A DNA stretch of 64,000 bases, taken from the NCBI RefSeq assembly GCF_009914755.1, contig NC_060938.1; one strand, 5' to 3'. This document shows, one piece after another, positions 11,991-24,854 of this stretch; position 1 is the first letter of the stretch; the number at the start of each line of letters is the position of its first letter. Position numbers and translations under genes: made by a program. The notes below the pieces were generated by a model, which was not told the origin of the DNA, did not search any database, and saw nothing but the letters and a program-made list of their open reading frames with translations. The stretch is from the human T2T-CHM13v2.0 reference genome, Homo sapiens.

Positions 11991-14900
11991 GTGTAGTGGA
12001 CACTGGAGGAAGAAGTGTAGACCTGAGCTCTAGCCCCAGCTCAGCCCTGTGTGTGGCCCTGGGCAAGTCACTGACACTCTAAGACTCACAATTATGTCAA
12101 TCATAGTGATAAAGGGAAATGAACTAGAAAGACTCTCCCTGGTTCTATGATGCGATGTTTCTGTTACAGTCCCACAGAGAATTTAGACCTCTACCTTGTT
12201 CTTCCTTAGAGTAGACTGTTGGCCCTAGAGATGTGCCCAGTGGTCATGTAACATGGAGATATGCTTGATTAATTCACTGTACATGGGTTGTTTGACCAGC
12301 TTCTACCCAGTGCCTATAAGAGTAGATACCAGACTCTATTTTTATGTCATTTGAAAGACAAGGGTAGAAGAGACAGCAGTTCAGTGACAGTTGCGCCATC
12401 GCCATTACTCTAATGGTTCAGAAATAGCTTCCCCTCTTCCCCTGTGGAATGTTTAGATTCATACTTTTAACCTGTAGCATTTTCCTACCCTTCCTGTGTA
12501 GGAAGCAGGTGCATTGGACCACCCTAAAACAATGCGTAGGCCTCAGACTTCTGAACTCATTTCTCTGAGATGAGATGTCCAGTTTGTTCACTACAACAAT
12601 AGTTGCCAGACCTATTACGGTTATGTAATAGGTTTCTTTTTTTAAACAGGTCTTGAAAATGTATGCATTATTCTTTAGGTAATAAATGAAATTTAAAAGA
12701 CTGAAAATAAATCAGCTTTGCAAAGTGGGGGCTGAAGCTTTTCTACTAACTGAACCATCTTTTCTTTTTTATTCTTGTTACTTTTTAAGGAGATGATGGC
12801 AAGTGATTTCTTTTTAACCCATTTTAAGGGCCCAGTTCATCTTGTACAATTCTTGTGCAAAGTCTCTACTGAGACTTTGGCCTGATGCAAAAGAAGAGGC
12901 CCTTAGAGAATAATGCTGGGCATGGAGTGTGATTCAAGAAGTTATTATCGTGTGTTCTCTGACACAGGGTGGCTCTTGCTCCCCAAGGGTCCAACAGAGA
13001 GGGGCCCAGGCATGCAGAATATTACATGCCTGCCCTGTTTCCCCATCAGAGAAATGTTTTCCAACAGCCATTGTGGTTGTAGTAAGGAAAAACATGTCTT
13101 TCTGCCTGGATATATCAACTGAGGGATGAACGGTGAGAGAATATAATTGTCTAAGGATGACAACAGGATCAATTTCCCTTTGACACTGTAGGCCACCACC
13201 TCTTTGTCTCCATAAAATTTCATTAGCACTTGAATTTATCAGATTGGCTTAGCTGTTGTGCATTCTGCTCTGTGTGCAACGGGCCCATTGTTCTACTCTA
13301 CTTTAACTGGTTTTCTGATGGATGTGTTTATGATACCTCCTGCTGGGTATTGTGCGTGACAACTGGGGACTCGATAACTAAACAATATCTGAACGCAGAA
13401 TCCCTCTGTCCAGGGAGGGGCTGAGGAAGTCACAACAGTTAATCTGTAGTAGGACCCATGTCCTCCCATCTGCAGGGGATGCTCTGTTGGCTTGCAAAGT
13501 GGAAAGATCTGGGAGGCTGAGGTCTGATGTCGTCGTCATCGGCAGAGCGACCTTGCTCCTCATTTGTGCGCACAGGCACTGAATGGAGGGAGCCTTGAAT
13601 CATCTGATTTTGCTCCTCATTAGTATTTCTCCACTGTGTTCTCTGACCACACTTTCCTCCTCGGTGCATGCAAAGCTATTAGCAATGCACACACGCGGCA
13701 CATCTGTGGAGCCATTATTGCTGCTGGATAGCTGTGTTTGTGTAAAATATTGAACACCCTGTGAAGATTTATAATGGTTTCCCGCCCTGTCCTCTATCCA
13801 CCCCCTCTTCTCTATTTAAAGACATATTAACATCTCTAGCTCTACCTGGAGGAAAAACTCTTTGAAGTGAGACTGCACGAAGATAAAATGCCTTCTCTGA
13901 AAGCGTCCCTCTAGAATGAGCATGGAGGCCTTCTGAGAGGCCAGGGAACCACCTGAGGCACAGGGGCAGGATGTCTCTGCTGGAAGGCCTCAGGCCCCTC
14001 TCTCCCTGCTTTCTGTCCCTACTGGGAGTCAGCTCTCCCAAGCACAGGCTAAGCACCCTTGTGACCACAGTTATCTGGCCCTTGTGAGAGCTTGCTGGTG
14101 ACTTTCCTGAGACTGGAGTCCCGAGGCTTTTAACAATGTGGATGTGCCTTGGCCAAAAGACATCCTCTGGGTTCCTTAATACTTGTCTTCACTCTTCTGT
14201 TTTGTCAGTGGAGATGCCAGTAGCTGTAATTTAGTCTTGGGTGGGAGAGAGCCAGAGGTCGAGGAGGGGGTGGGGAAATTGTCATCCTAACCCAGCATAG
14301 AGGACCTGGTTTAAAGAGGCTTAACAGACCACTGGTCTTACCAGCAGATGCACCTGGGGCTTCGAGAGTGACTTGGGCTTAGCTTCTTCAAAGGGTGCTG
14401 AAATCTCTCACCACCCCTGCTCAACCCTCTTGCTGCCCCCACCCCAATGGAGAGGGGCCCAGGCATGCAGAATATTGTATTCCAACGATGCTAGATTCAT
14501 GTGCATGATATGGAAGGGTCTGGAGGGAAGAGGCTGCTGGTGCCTATGGCCCTGAGGACCAGCTTTCTCCTTCCCCCATGTCCCCAGGCCACCCCACCCA
14601 GAGCATGCCCTCGGCACGCAACAAGCGGCATGTTCCAGGTTGTTCCAGGGCCAGAGAGAGTGACATGAGGCAATGTCTGTGGCAAGCGAAAAATGTGTGC
14701 TGAGCCTTGGGAGGTGCCGATTGGCTGGCAGTGAGGTAATGCAATGCAGTCCAAATGTGGAAGCAGCAGTACCAGCATCGAGGGCGTGCCTCCTCGGCAA
14801 GCCTGAGTCTCCTGCCAGCCATCTGAAGGACAAGGCGCCGAGGGGTGCTGCAGACCTCATGCAGGTGGCTGGCTCACATGGCAGGGTCTGGGTGGTAGAG

Positions 14901-15499
14901 ATCAGATGGCAGGATCTGAGTTGTCATGTCTGTTCTCTGTCCCTGAACACACCAAATGCCACTACAATTCTGATCTCTGTTCTTCAATGGGGATCTCTTA
15001 GTGGGGAGGGCAAAGAAGCTTGAAAATGAGGGTCTGGACCTCAGAACCACTTACCCAGGTCATGGTGAGTGATGGTCAATACAACTACTCTTGAGGATTA
15101 GGATGGTTTTCTCAGTAACCGATGGCTTCCCTTTAATGATATAAACCTTCTCAGGGTCTTTCCTAAGCACAGTTCTAGATTCATATTTGGGCCAGAAGTC
15201 CACACTCAATCTCCCCATTCCAGTCCATTTCCTATGACTTTGTGTCATTGGCAATGTCTGCTACGAAGGATGGAGGAATTCAAGAGGCCACTGTGGGCTA
15301 TGCTTTCTTCTCTTTAATAAGACTCCTGTTCCAGGAGAAAACTGGCCTCTCAAAAAAAGTCTTCTGAGGAATAGCAGCTACCAGGAATCACAGTTGGTTC
15401 CCCATGAACATTTCAGATCAATTACATAAATAATAACTACCTATTGTCTTCTAGTGTCAGTACCACAGGAGTAACTCCACATCTTTGAGTTAATAAATA

Positions 15500-15800
15500 A
15501 ATTTACTTACTTATTCAATAAATATTCTGGACTCTTTACGGCAGTTCTGACAATGTTCTAAATGTATAGGCTATGGTGGTGAGCAGAACAAAGTCCTTGG
15601 TCTCATGAAGCTAACATTGTAAAGGGAGATACAGACAAAAAGCAAGAGAGCTAAGAAGAAAATGAAAGAGGATAATGAAATACAGGGTGGCTAGTGATTG
15701 AGGCAACTGTAGTTGGGTGGTCAGGGATGACCTCTGTAAAGAGGTAACATTTTAGCTGAGACATCAGTGAAGCCAATATGGCCATGAGAAGTTCTAGGAG
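15500..15800 (-). mobile_element. L2 3' end fragment
   Basis: ttattcaataaatatt...aaagtccttggtctcatgaagctaacatt...ggtggtcagggatgacctctg...acattttagctgagac. Confidence 0.75.
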
Positions 15801-16464
15801 AAAACTCCCTGCTGGCCCCAGAAATTAATTACAATATGAAGCTTTAGGGAAGGCCACAGGGTTGAATACCTAAGAAGAAATATCCCAGTGGTTAAGGACA
15901 ACTTCTGCTTTGCCACTCAGAGAGAAGCAGAGCTTGTCATTGAGCTAGTACAGTCCTGTGCACTCGTGGGAGTAAGGTCGCCTCCTTTCCCCAGGCACAC
16001 AGTAACTCTGCTGGATTGCTGACTCCTGGCAGTGTCTTGTAGCAAGGTAGACTGGGGGGTGGCAGATGCAAACTCTCCCTAAAGAGGTATCATCCTCAGT
16101 TATTTCCATTCACCCAAACCCTTTCTTTCCTCCAAATCACACTGGCTATATATCTGAATGTTTTCTTTGACCCAGATCCTATTCTTGGCTTCTGTAGACA
16201 TTGTCTTGTTTGATCCCTATAAAAATCTGCAAGATGGATGCTATAATTTGCATTTGACTAAGGAGGAAACTGAGGCTGTAAGAGATAAGGCAACTCTCCC
16301 AAGATGGCTCTTTTGGGGAGACGTAGAATTGAGGTCCAAACTCCTAAGAAAGATGGAACTTTGGCCATCTCCATTGAGGATGAATAACTCATCAAACTAT
16401 TCCTGGGAAAGGGGGTGGCAGAGGAGAGAGAGATATTGAGACAGGCTACATATCATAATATCAT

Positions 16465-16680
16465 GGGTTAAACCAACAGCAATTTTAGACCCCAAGGGGA
16501 CAATTCGCATAGCTGCAGACGTTTTTCCTTGTCACACTGGGGATGGGTGGGGAGCGCTACTGACATCTAGTGGGTAGAGACCTGGGATGAGGTTCTAAAT
16601 GTTCTACGACGCACATGACAGTGCCACAGCAAAGAATTATTTGGCCCCAGATGTCAATAGTGCTGAGGTTGAGAAACCTT
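16465..16680 (+). mobile_element. MER20 hAT MITE
   Basis: ccccaaggggacaatt...gctactgacatctagtgggtagagacctgggatg...aaagaattatttggccccagatgtcaatagtgctgaggttgagaaacc. Confidence 0.9.
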
Positions 16681-16964
16681 CGATTAAAGTCTTACAGTGC
16701 TCACTGCTCTCTGCTTCCTCTGTCTTCCTTCTATGGCTGCCCTCGGGGTTACTTACACACTGGATCTCTAGATACAGGACTAAAGTCATAATGGAAATTT
16801 AAGATTCCATTTGGATGCTGATTTTTTTCCCAAGCTCTCTTCACTATTTATTAAATGGTTAGTGAAGGGAGGTGGAAAGCTTGATCTCCAGGCAAGTGAG
16901 TCCCTTGGACGTGGGGTGGGGAGGGTGAAGCTCTGGTGTGGTACTGCATCAGCCTAGTGGGAGG

Positions 16965-17105
16965 TGCTTGTTAACCCTCTGTGCTGTGGCTTCCCCATCT
17001 GTAAAATGGAGGTGAAAATACCTCCTCCTGCCACCTCTCAGGTTTGCTGTGAGAAGTCAGTGATGTGTAAGTGCTTTCATAAAAGTACTATATACGTGTG
17101 TTATT
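16965..17105 (+). mobile_element. MIR SINE fragment
   Basis: ttaaccctctgtgctgtggcttccccatctgtaaaatggag...tctcaggtttgctgtgag. Confidence 0.7.
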
Positions 17106-18779
17106 ACTAATTCTTATATCATGAATAAAATGAAATCATCATTCTGCCCCTGACAACACCAATTTGCTGAACCATTAGAATTCTGTACATTACAGTCTTA
17201 AAGAGCCATAGAGAGAACTGTAAGGGACCTCAAGAGGTCATGCGGTAGAAAATGGCCAGTGAGACACTTGGGAATGATTAAAGTGAGGTGGGAAGACACA
17301 TGGCATCTTATTCAGTTACTCAACTCTCCTTTGTTCACTTCCTTGCATCATCATTGCCTTTAGGAGTAATATAATAACTGCATTAATAAAGTTGTTATCC
17401 TCCTCCCACCCCTGCCAGAGCTCTGAGGGCACAGTCTAAACAGAATAATTAATTAATGAAAATGAAGAGAAAATAGCTCAAGTGATGGCTATAGGAGATC
17501 AAATAGCAAAGAGAAAGCTGCAAAAACGTTCGTTGTTATTTGACACTGAGTAGTGCAAAGAGGGCTGGGAGAGTCCCAGGATCCCTGATCAACAGAGAGA
17601 GAGTATCCTGGGGGTTTCCTCTTTACTTTTTCTTTTTCTGCTCTGAAAGGTTAGGAAAGATCCTGAGGGCATAATCTGACCATCTGATCCAGGCCAGCAT
17701 ACTGCTGGAGAAGACTGTGTCGGGGATGAGGTGGTCTGAGAAGCTGGAATAAATGCAGGATCAGCTGATAAGGAGGGTGAGGAAAAGGTGAGCTTAGTGT
17801 CTGACTTTAAAAATATGTAGATGAGCTCCCTAAATAAAATACCCCTCCACACTGTACTGATGACTGAAATTCCTTTAAGAGAAAATATTTTCGTTCTACA
17901 ATTAAAGATAGAATCCTATTTTTTCCAGGGAGAAGTAATATTGTCTTAAATTTATCCTACATTACTACATGTTGATTACAAAAACTGAAGAATCTATTTT
18001 CTTTGTTTTTTTTCCAGTTTTTATCTCCATCCCCATCTTGCATCTTACAAAGGACCCAATAGAAGCTTCATGGGGTACAGGAAAGAATATAGCAAGGACC
18101 TTGGAGGCCTCAGGCCTCAATCTGGCTCTGCCATTCAATAGTTTGACCTTGGAGAGCAATCAGAATTCTCAGGGCCTTAGATCCTCTGCCCGTGAAGCTG
18201 AGGTATTGGACTGGATATCTCCAAGGGCCCTACTAACAATAAGATTATGGACTGGGGATGGCTTTTCTTCTTTCCATTTTGTTCAAGGAAGCCTCCTCTT
18301 CGTCATTTCTCACCTACCACCCAGCTCTGTATTTTCCCATATTTCAATGTCCTTTCATGAAGACATATAAACAGTGGCCATGAGTCAAGGGGATGCAAGG
18401 GTATCTGTGGTTCAAGAAGATGCACGTGATGACCACGGCTAGTTGATCCCTCTTGGCATATTGTTGCCATCTCAGAAAGACAGGAAGGGTGGGTTACAGC
18501 TGCCAGCACCATCAGGATTAAAAGCAGGAGGACTTTAAGACTCACCCTCGATGATGCAGAACTCAAAAGGTCTCTGCTTCACAGCTCTGGGCCACCTTGA
18601 AGGGCAAGTTGACAAAATAAAGCAAAGCCCAGACAGCCTTACAGAGTAGTAGATTCTGCATTCCTCATTTTCATGGATAATTACTGTAGCCTTCAATTTG
18701 AGGAACATGGCAGTGATTTGTGTGCAGTTTACTCTTCTTTCAGGTGATGGAACCAGAGCCAGAGGCGTGGATGTGACTC

Positions 18780-18798
18780 TGTTGCCCTCTAGTGGCTA
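18780..18798 (-). promoter_or_regulatory. CTCF-binding motif
   Basis: Minus strand reads TAGCCACTAGAGGGCAACA; the core CCACTAGAGGGC fits the CTCF consensus CCASYAGRKGGC; sequence does not look repeat-derived. Confidence 0.7.
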
Positions 18799-21059
18799 GA
18801 ATGCAGTAGCATACCCAGCACCCCCTCAGACTTGGCTTGGTGGTGCCGCTGACACGTGAGCAAGGGTTCCTGGGACACTGACTGCCAAGGGGGCTCGGGA
18901 TTCTTTCAGCACAACTCCTGACCTGAGATTCTGCAGAGAGAGAGAGAGAGGGAGGGAGGGAAAGAGCATCATCCTTCCTATTTCTGGAAGTCAGATCTGT
19001 AACACAGAGGGCCTGTTTCGTCTAGAGTAACCCTGTACCAGCTGCAGCGCTGGGACGCTCCTGCCTCTTCTGCGGTCGCATGTCCATGTTTTGGGGCAGC
19101 TAAGGCACCTGGGGTCTGCTCTCGCAGTCACACATTTGCTGTGTCACTTCTGCCTCAGTTAGATGTTTTCTCTAGCAAACAGATATCATTATGTGGTTTT
19201 CCAATTATCACTTCCCAAAGGGAGCTGGTTAATATGGATGAGGCTTTTTAACATTTGGCTTTGAAGACAGGGTTATATGTAGTTGTAGCAGAGGGAGCCA
19301 ATATCTCGGTAATTGGCTAAGGTTTGCAGAGGAGCAAGGCAGTCTGGGGTATGTGCCATCTCTGGGACGCGGGGTCTTTGCAGAATGTGTTATTGTGGTG
19401 TAGTCTTTAAGTGAGTTCTCAGATAAACTGGAAGGTGGGTCTAGGTGGAGATTATTTCAAGAAGGTTAGAACTCTGGTCTCTGGTTACAATAAAAAAGCT
19501 GGATTGCTGAAGATCATATGGGCATTGTTGATGTTGGGCTCAGGCAGAGAGTTCTTAGTAGGGTCTTCTTACCCTGACGGTTGCCCTTTGTAACAGGCAA
19601 TAATACAAGAGGATTAATTTATGGAGAGGCTGAAGAGGTTAGTGGAATGAGAAGAGATGCAGCATGCAGGGACAAAACTCAGTTTACTATATCAGCTTCT
19701 TTTACCCTTTGGGACAAGAATCCCCAATTTACTGGGCAAAACTTCCCTCCTTCTACTTCCTCTTCCAAGAGTTTAACTCATGGAAAGGAAATGAGGGGAA
19801 ATAGCACATTTCATGGCATCGAAGAGGGCATCTTTGAAACCTAGCGGCTTTCCACCTACAGACATTTAGAATGCAACTTATGCTGGCAAAGCTATTGAGG
19901 GTTTAAATGATATGCTTTATAGCGTGTTGCATTTCTTCCTTTGAAAATGAGGAGCTTGAATTACCTTTCTTGCTTCATAATAGAAATTTAGTCTTATTTC
20001 TCAGTCTATAGTTAACACATAGCAATCTGGTGCCTTCGAGTGACAATTTACCTAAAAGTCAGCGTTACATAGATAGTTCTACAAAATCCAAACTTACATG
20101 CTTTGTCTGTACACTTCTTGGTCTTCCAACCTTCAGGATCACCATTGATTCCTTTTCCTGTACCCCTCCAACCCCTGACACTGTTAAACTCCATTTCAGT
20201 AGTCATTCACCCAGTCCTGCAGATTTTTTGTCCCTACAGCCTAACATTAGTTTTCAACCAGATCACTCTTTTTTTACACTATTCAAAAATTTCTTTAGCT
20301 TTAAAAGCCCTCATGAGCCAAAGTGCCAGAGATACTTGTGGTGTTCTAAAGTATTTGCTGGGACAGGGTTAAATGGATAGGGAAAAAAAGAAATAATAGG
20401 AGGGAAAAGGGTCCCATGAAAAGCTTGCTGCCTGGTGGTGGGGAAGATGGAGTACCACCAGCTATCATTATAGGCTGGGCCAGGTGATAGGCAGAATAAA
20501 GTGACTTAAGAAATTTCTGGAAGCACTTCACTGCACTGCAAGTCATGCCACTCTTCCTCAGCTCACAGTTGGCAGAAGCACCACTATAAACTGGGTTCAG
20601 CCACGTGTCCCTTAGACACATAAGAGAGGGAGTGCCAATTGGGAGGACAGGTGACCGAGGGGGGCAGAGGGACACATTCATTTATTACCCAGTTTTGTCC
20701 TGGATTGATGCTGGTCTTGGGTATCCGACAGTGGAACCACTCTAGTACCTGACACACCTACTCTTGACCCAGCTTTTTCACTCCCAATTTGGTTGTTATA
20801 CAGCACCACAAATAGGGAAAGATGGCTGGGACTTTGAAGAGAACAGGTGGCTCCTATCAGCTGGTGCTAAAAGAGCCCCACCTTATAGATATGTATCTTA
20901 CACTCATATGACCTTCCCTACTACAATACTGTCATAAAGTCAAAAATGTGTGTCTCTTGTCCCTTTGGGCTCCCCCAGCTCCATTTAATACCGTTCCCAA
21001 TGTTTGTACCTAATTACAGATTTGAGGAGTCATAAAACCACATCTCCCAAGAGGTAGAT

Positions 21060-21630
21060 CTGCTTTATTTTGGCTTCTGTGACACCTGATTGTCCTCTTT
21101 CTTCATTCACCTTTAATGATTTGCTTCCTTTTGTTGCTTATCAAGGACTTGTGCTCCTGAAGGTTCTGTCCTTGACTCCCTTGTCTTCCCCCAACATTAT
21201 CTTTCTGGACAATCTCTACCACCTTAATGTTAATGAGCCTCAACTCCAAATTGGCAGCCCAGATCACCCTCCAGGGCTCTGGACATGTGTCCCCAGCTTT
21301 CTATTAGACATCTCTACCTACTTGTCCCACAAGAACCTCAAACAACAAACATCTAAACCTGAATTTATCCTCTGCTCCACAAAAGTCACTTCTCTATTTC
21401 TCATTAGAAGTATAGAAATGGAAGAATGAAAAACTTCCATCCATTCTATCACTTGGTATTAACCTAGACCTTTTCCCCTTGCTCAACCCCATCTCTCCTT
21501 TTGCCTTTTACCACGAATCTGTCACCAGATCTTACAATTCTACTTCTCAAATATCTTTCCAGACAGACTCTTCCTCTCCATGTCTACTTTACTGCCCTAG
21601 TTCAGGGTTTCATCACCTTGATCTGGCCTT
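21060..21630 (+). mobile_element. L2 LINE internal fragment
   Basis: ggcttctgtgacacc...ctccaaattggcagcccagatc...tattagacatctctacc...cctcaaacaacaaacatctaaacctgaattt. Confidence 0.75.
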
Positions 21631-22010
21631 TGATATCTGCCTCCATGTGTCCAGGACCTGCATGCTAATCCCTGAAAGAAAACCTGGATACAGTTTTGCA
21701 GCTGAATTTTATTTTAATGAAATCTGCATTCTTGTGGATAACCTTCCAACACACTACTTCAGTAATATCACTGACTGTAGCAATAATAATAATATCAGTG
21801 ACTATAACAAAAACTTTTGGCTTAAAAAAAAATCCATTTGCAATGACTTCACTTTCCGAAGTTCTCAACTGATACCCAGAGCCATTCTTTTTGGTCATAT
21901 GCCAATTTTGTGAGTAAAATATAGGGTTTCTTTATGACCATACATTTCCTATGATGGCGAGCTTATGAGGGTGGTCCTTCATGCAAGTTTCTCATCTTTC
22001 TATAGCCTGA

Positions 22011-22320
<310 letters not shown>

Positions 22321-22834
22321 TTGATTCTTTGAAAATGAACTCTTTTTGGCACCCTCATCTTCTGCCATCTTGGTCCATTTTGCTTATCAGAGTAAATACA
22401 ACTGGTAAAAAGGTTTATGCTATTTATTCTCCCTCCAGTCTTGGTTCATAACATGCTCAGTTAAATTTCTCCCTCATTGAGTGTCTCCTCAAAGATAAAT
22501 ATTTTACCTTGGAAAGTCTGGTCATTTCTAAGGTTAGGAAAATGCTATCAGTCACTTTGGAGTTGATTGCCTATGTCAGGTTGGCATTCTTGGATGAACT
22601 ACAGGTTTAAGATTTGCTGTTCTGCATGCATCACTGTGAAGTCATCTGAGATGGGCGCTGACCTGTAGCTCACAAGGAGTTTCAAGGTCTTCTATCATCC
22701 TCCTTTCAAACACTCACAGTGATTAATTCTCCAGAAATCACTACTGGTGCTATCACCTTCAGAAAACAATTTTCTTTCTGAATACATGTAGGGTATATAG
22801 GCTTCTCTGGTTTGGTTTGCATTTCACATTAGCC

Positions 22835-22858
22835 TTTTTTTTTTTTTTTTTTTTTTTT
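22835..22858. repeat. Poly(T) tract
   Basis: About 24 consecutive T. Confidence 0.9.
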
Positions 22859-24483
22859 AAATTCCAAGGAACTCTACCTTCAAAAGCAAGCAAAGCATTC
22901 TCCTCCCAGGTGGCCCATGTACTGGATTTTGGAGTCTGAATTGTTATTTCCTCACTCCTGCCTTCCTCTCTTCTTGGCTTTCTTTCTAGGGCACCTGACG
23001 TCCTTCCTTATTACTGATGGCAGCAGAGACTGAACCCCTGGGAGAGGAAAGTGAACTGAGTAATTGTTTTGCCTTTTCATGTCTGATGTATCACTCTGGG
23101 TCAGTGTAGCTTTAGTTGAAAGAGTAATGTTGTTACCCAGGAGCAGCTGTAGTGTCTCCAGACAACTCCAAGACCTCTCCAGTCCCGCAGAGGTCAGTTT
23201 CTGGTCTGGGCATAATGGTCTTTTTTCCAGGGGTTGAAGCCCAGCTAGAAGCAAATTCCTACTCTGATTTCTCAAGACTCTGAACACCCACACCGGCCCA
23301 TGAGGGCAGAGAGTGGTGGCTGGCTTTCTAAACCAGCCTTGTGTCTTCAGAGTCCTTGATCAGAGATAACTTGGGGAAAGCTGTGTCTCATAAATCCACT
23401 TTGCTACTGGGTCAGAGAGATGCCTTGAGAATGACCTTAGCTAGGGAAGGGATGGAATATTGGTTTCCCTTTGTCCCCTGCCCTTCAGTTCATGGCATAG
23501 GGTTAAGAGAGTGTCAGGAGCCTGCAGGCCTGTTCTGTGCTTAGCGTGGGGAGACATGGCAGCAAGTTGGCAAGCTGGGGTCTTCTTATTCCAAATTCAA
23601 CCATTTCTTGGCACTTTTTTTGTTTCTTTTTCTGAGAGGTAGTAGACAGTGGAGCTAAATAAAATTTTCTCCCAAGAAAAAATGGTTAGAAGCAGCGTGT
23701 CCCCTGCCCAGGCCTGAAATCTCTTCATTCCCTTTCCCTTTCCCCAGGGTTCCCAAAGGTCTTCTGCATTGCCCACCTGCTGCTCTCTTTCCTGCCCTGT
23801 TTGTTTTGATGGCATTAAAAGGCCTGCCTGCCTACTTTACAAGGACCCTCATTTCTTTACCCATCATGTTTTGATATATTTTTTCTTGCTTTTTCTTGAG
23901 GTTTGCAATCAAGAGCCCTTTAACTGAAATCCTGGGCTGCCTGCAGCAGCTGTGGGGTTCCCAGCCAACTGCCTTGTCCTCTGAGGGATAAATTCCCTTT
24001 GACCGTGCCACTTGTGAAAACACAGAGCAAGTGTAGAGTATTTTACATATAATTTAGAAAGAGAGAGGACTTATCGGTGGGTGGTAGGAAAGGACAGAAG
24101 ATGGATTAATATTTTTTCTTTATCACTTGGCATGTTAAACTTAATTATATTTCTTGAAAGACCTCTAAACAGTTATAATTAGAAATTATGATAATAGCTG
24201 CGGTTGCCTTACACATGTTCATTTTACTGCTTGCTTCTTTGTGAATGTGGGCTGTGATTAATAAATAACCACCAACATCATTAGGACAAGACCTCTCCTT
24301 GCCTGCTGGGACCCCTTTGACTTTGGATGGACAGTGTCAAGGATCAGGAGCACCTAGACTAGCCCCATGAGCCATGGCCTTCATAGGCTAGATGGTCATT
24401 GGAAATGAAGTTGTTGGCACCGACAGTCACAGTTATGAAAATAAGAATTTGGATCTCAGATTTTTCTGTTCCCTCTTCTCCTG

Positions 24484-24854
24484 TGTATTAGTCCGTTCTT
24501 ATGCTGCTAATAAAGACATACCCGAGACTGAGTAATTTATAAAGGAAAGAGGTTTAATGGACTCACAGTTCCACTTGGCTAGGGAGGCCTCACAATCACG
24601 ACGGAAGATGAAGGAAGAGCAAAGGGATGTCTTACACGGAGGCAGGCTAGAGAGAATTAGAGCCAAGTGAAAGAGGAAACCCATTATAAAATCATCAGAT
24701 CTTGTGAGACTTATTCACTACCACAAGAACAGTATGAGGGAAACTGCCCCCATAATTCAATTATCTCCTACCGGGTTTCTCTCACAACACTTGGGAATTA
24801 TGGGAGCTACAATTCAAGATGAGATTTGGGTGGGGACACAGCCAAACCATGTCA
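24484..24854 (-). mobile_element. THE1 (THE1B/C-like) solo LTR
   Basis: tgtattagtccgttct...gacatacccgagactg...gagatttgggtggggacacagccaaaccatgtca; 5-bp flanks tcctg/tcctc. Confidence 0.95.

Noticed and set aside
18725-18861. Strong-looking acceptor ctcttctttcag|G at 18743 with possible donor at 18856
   Set aside because: The donor context is poor and there is no transcript evidence; the CTCF motif explains the region better.
19150-20900. Possible ancient LTR-derived sequence
   Set aside because: LTR-like in feel, but I could not match it to a family with confidence; it needs a Dfam search.
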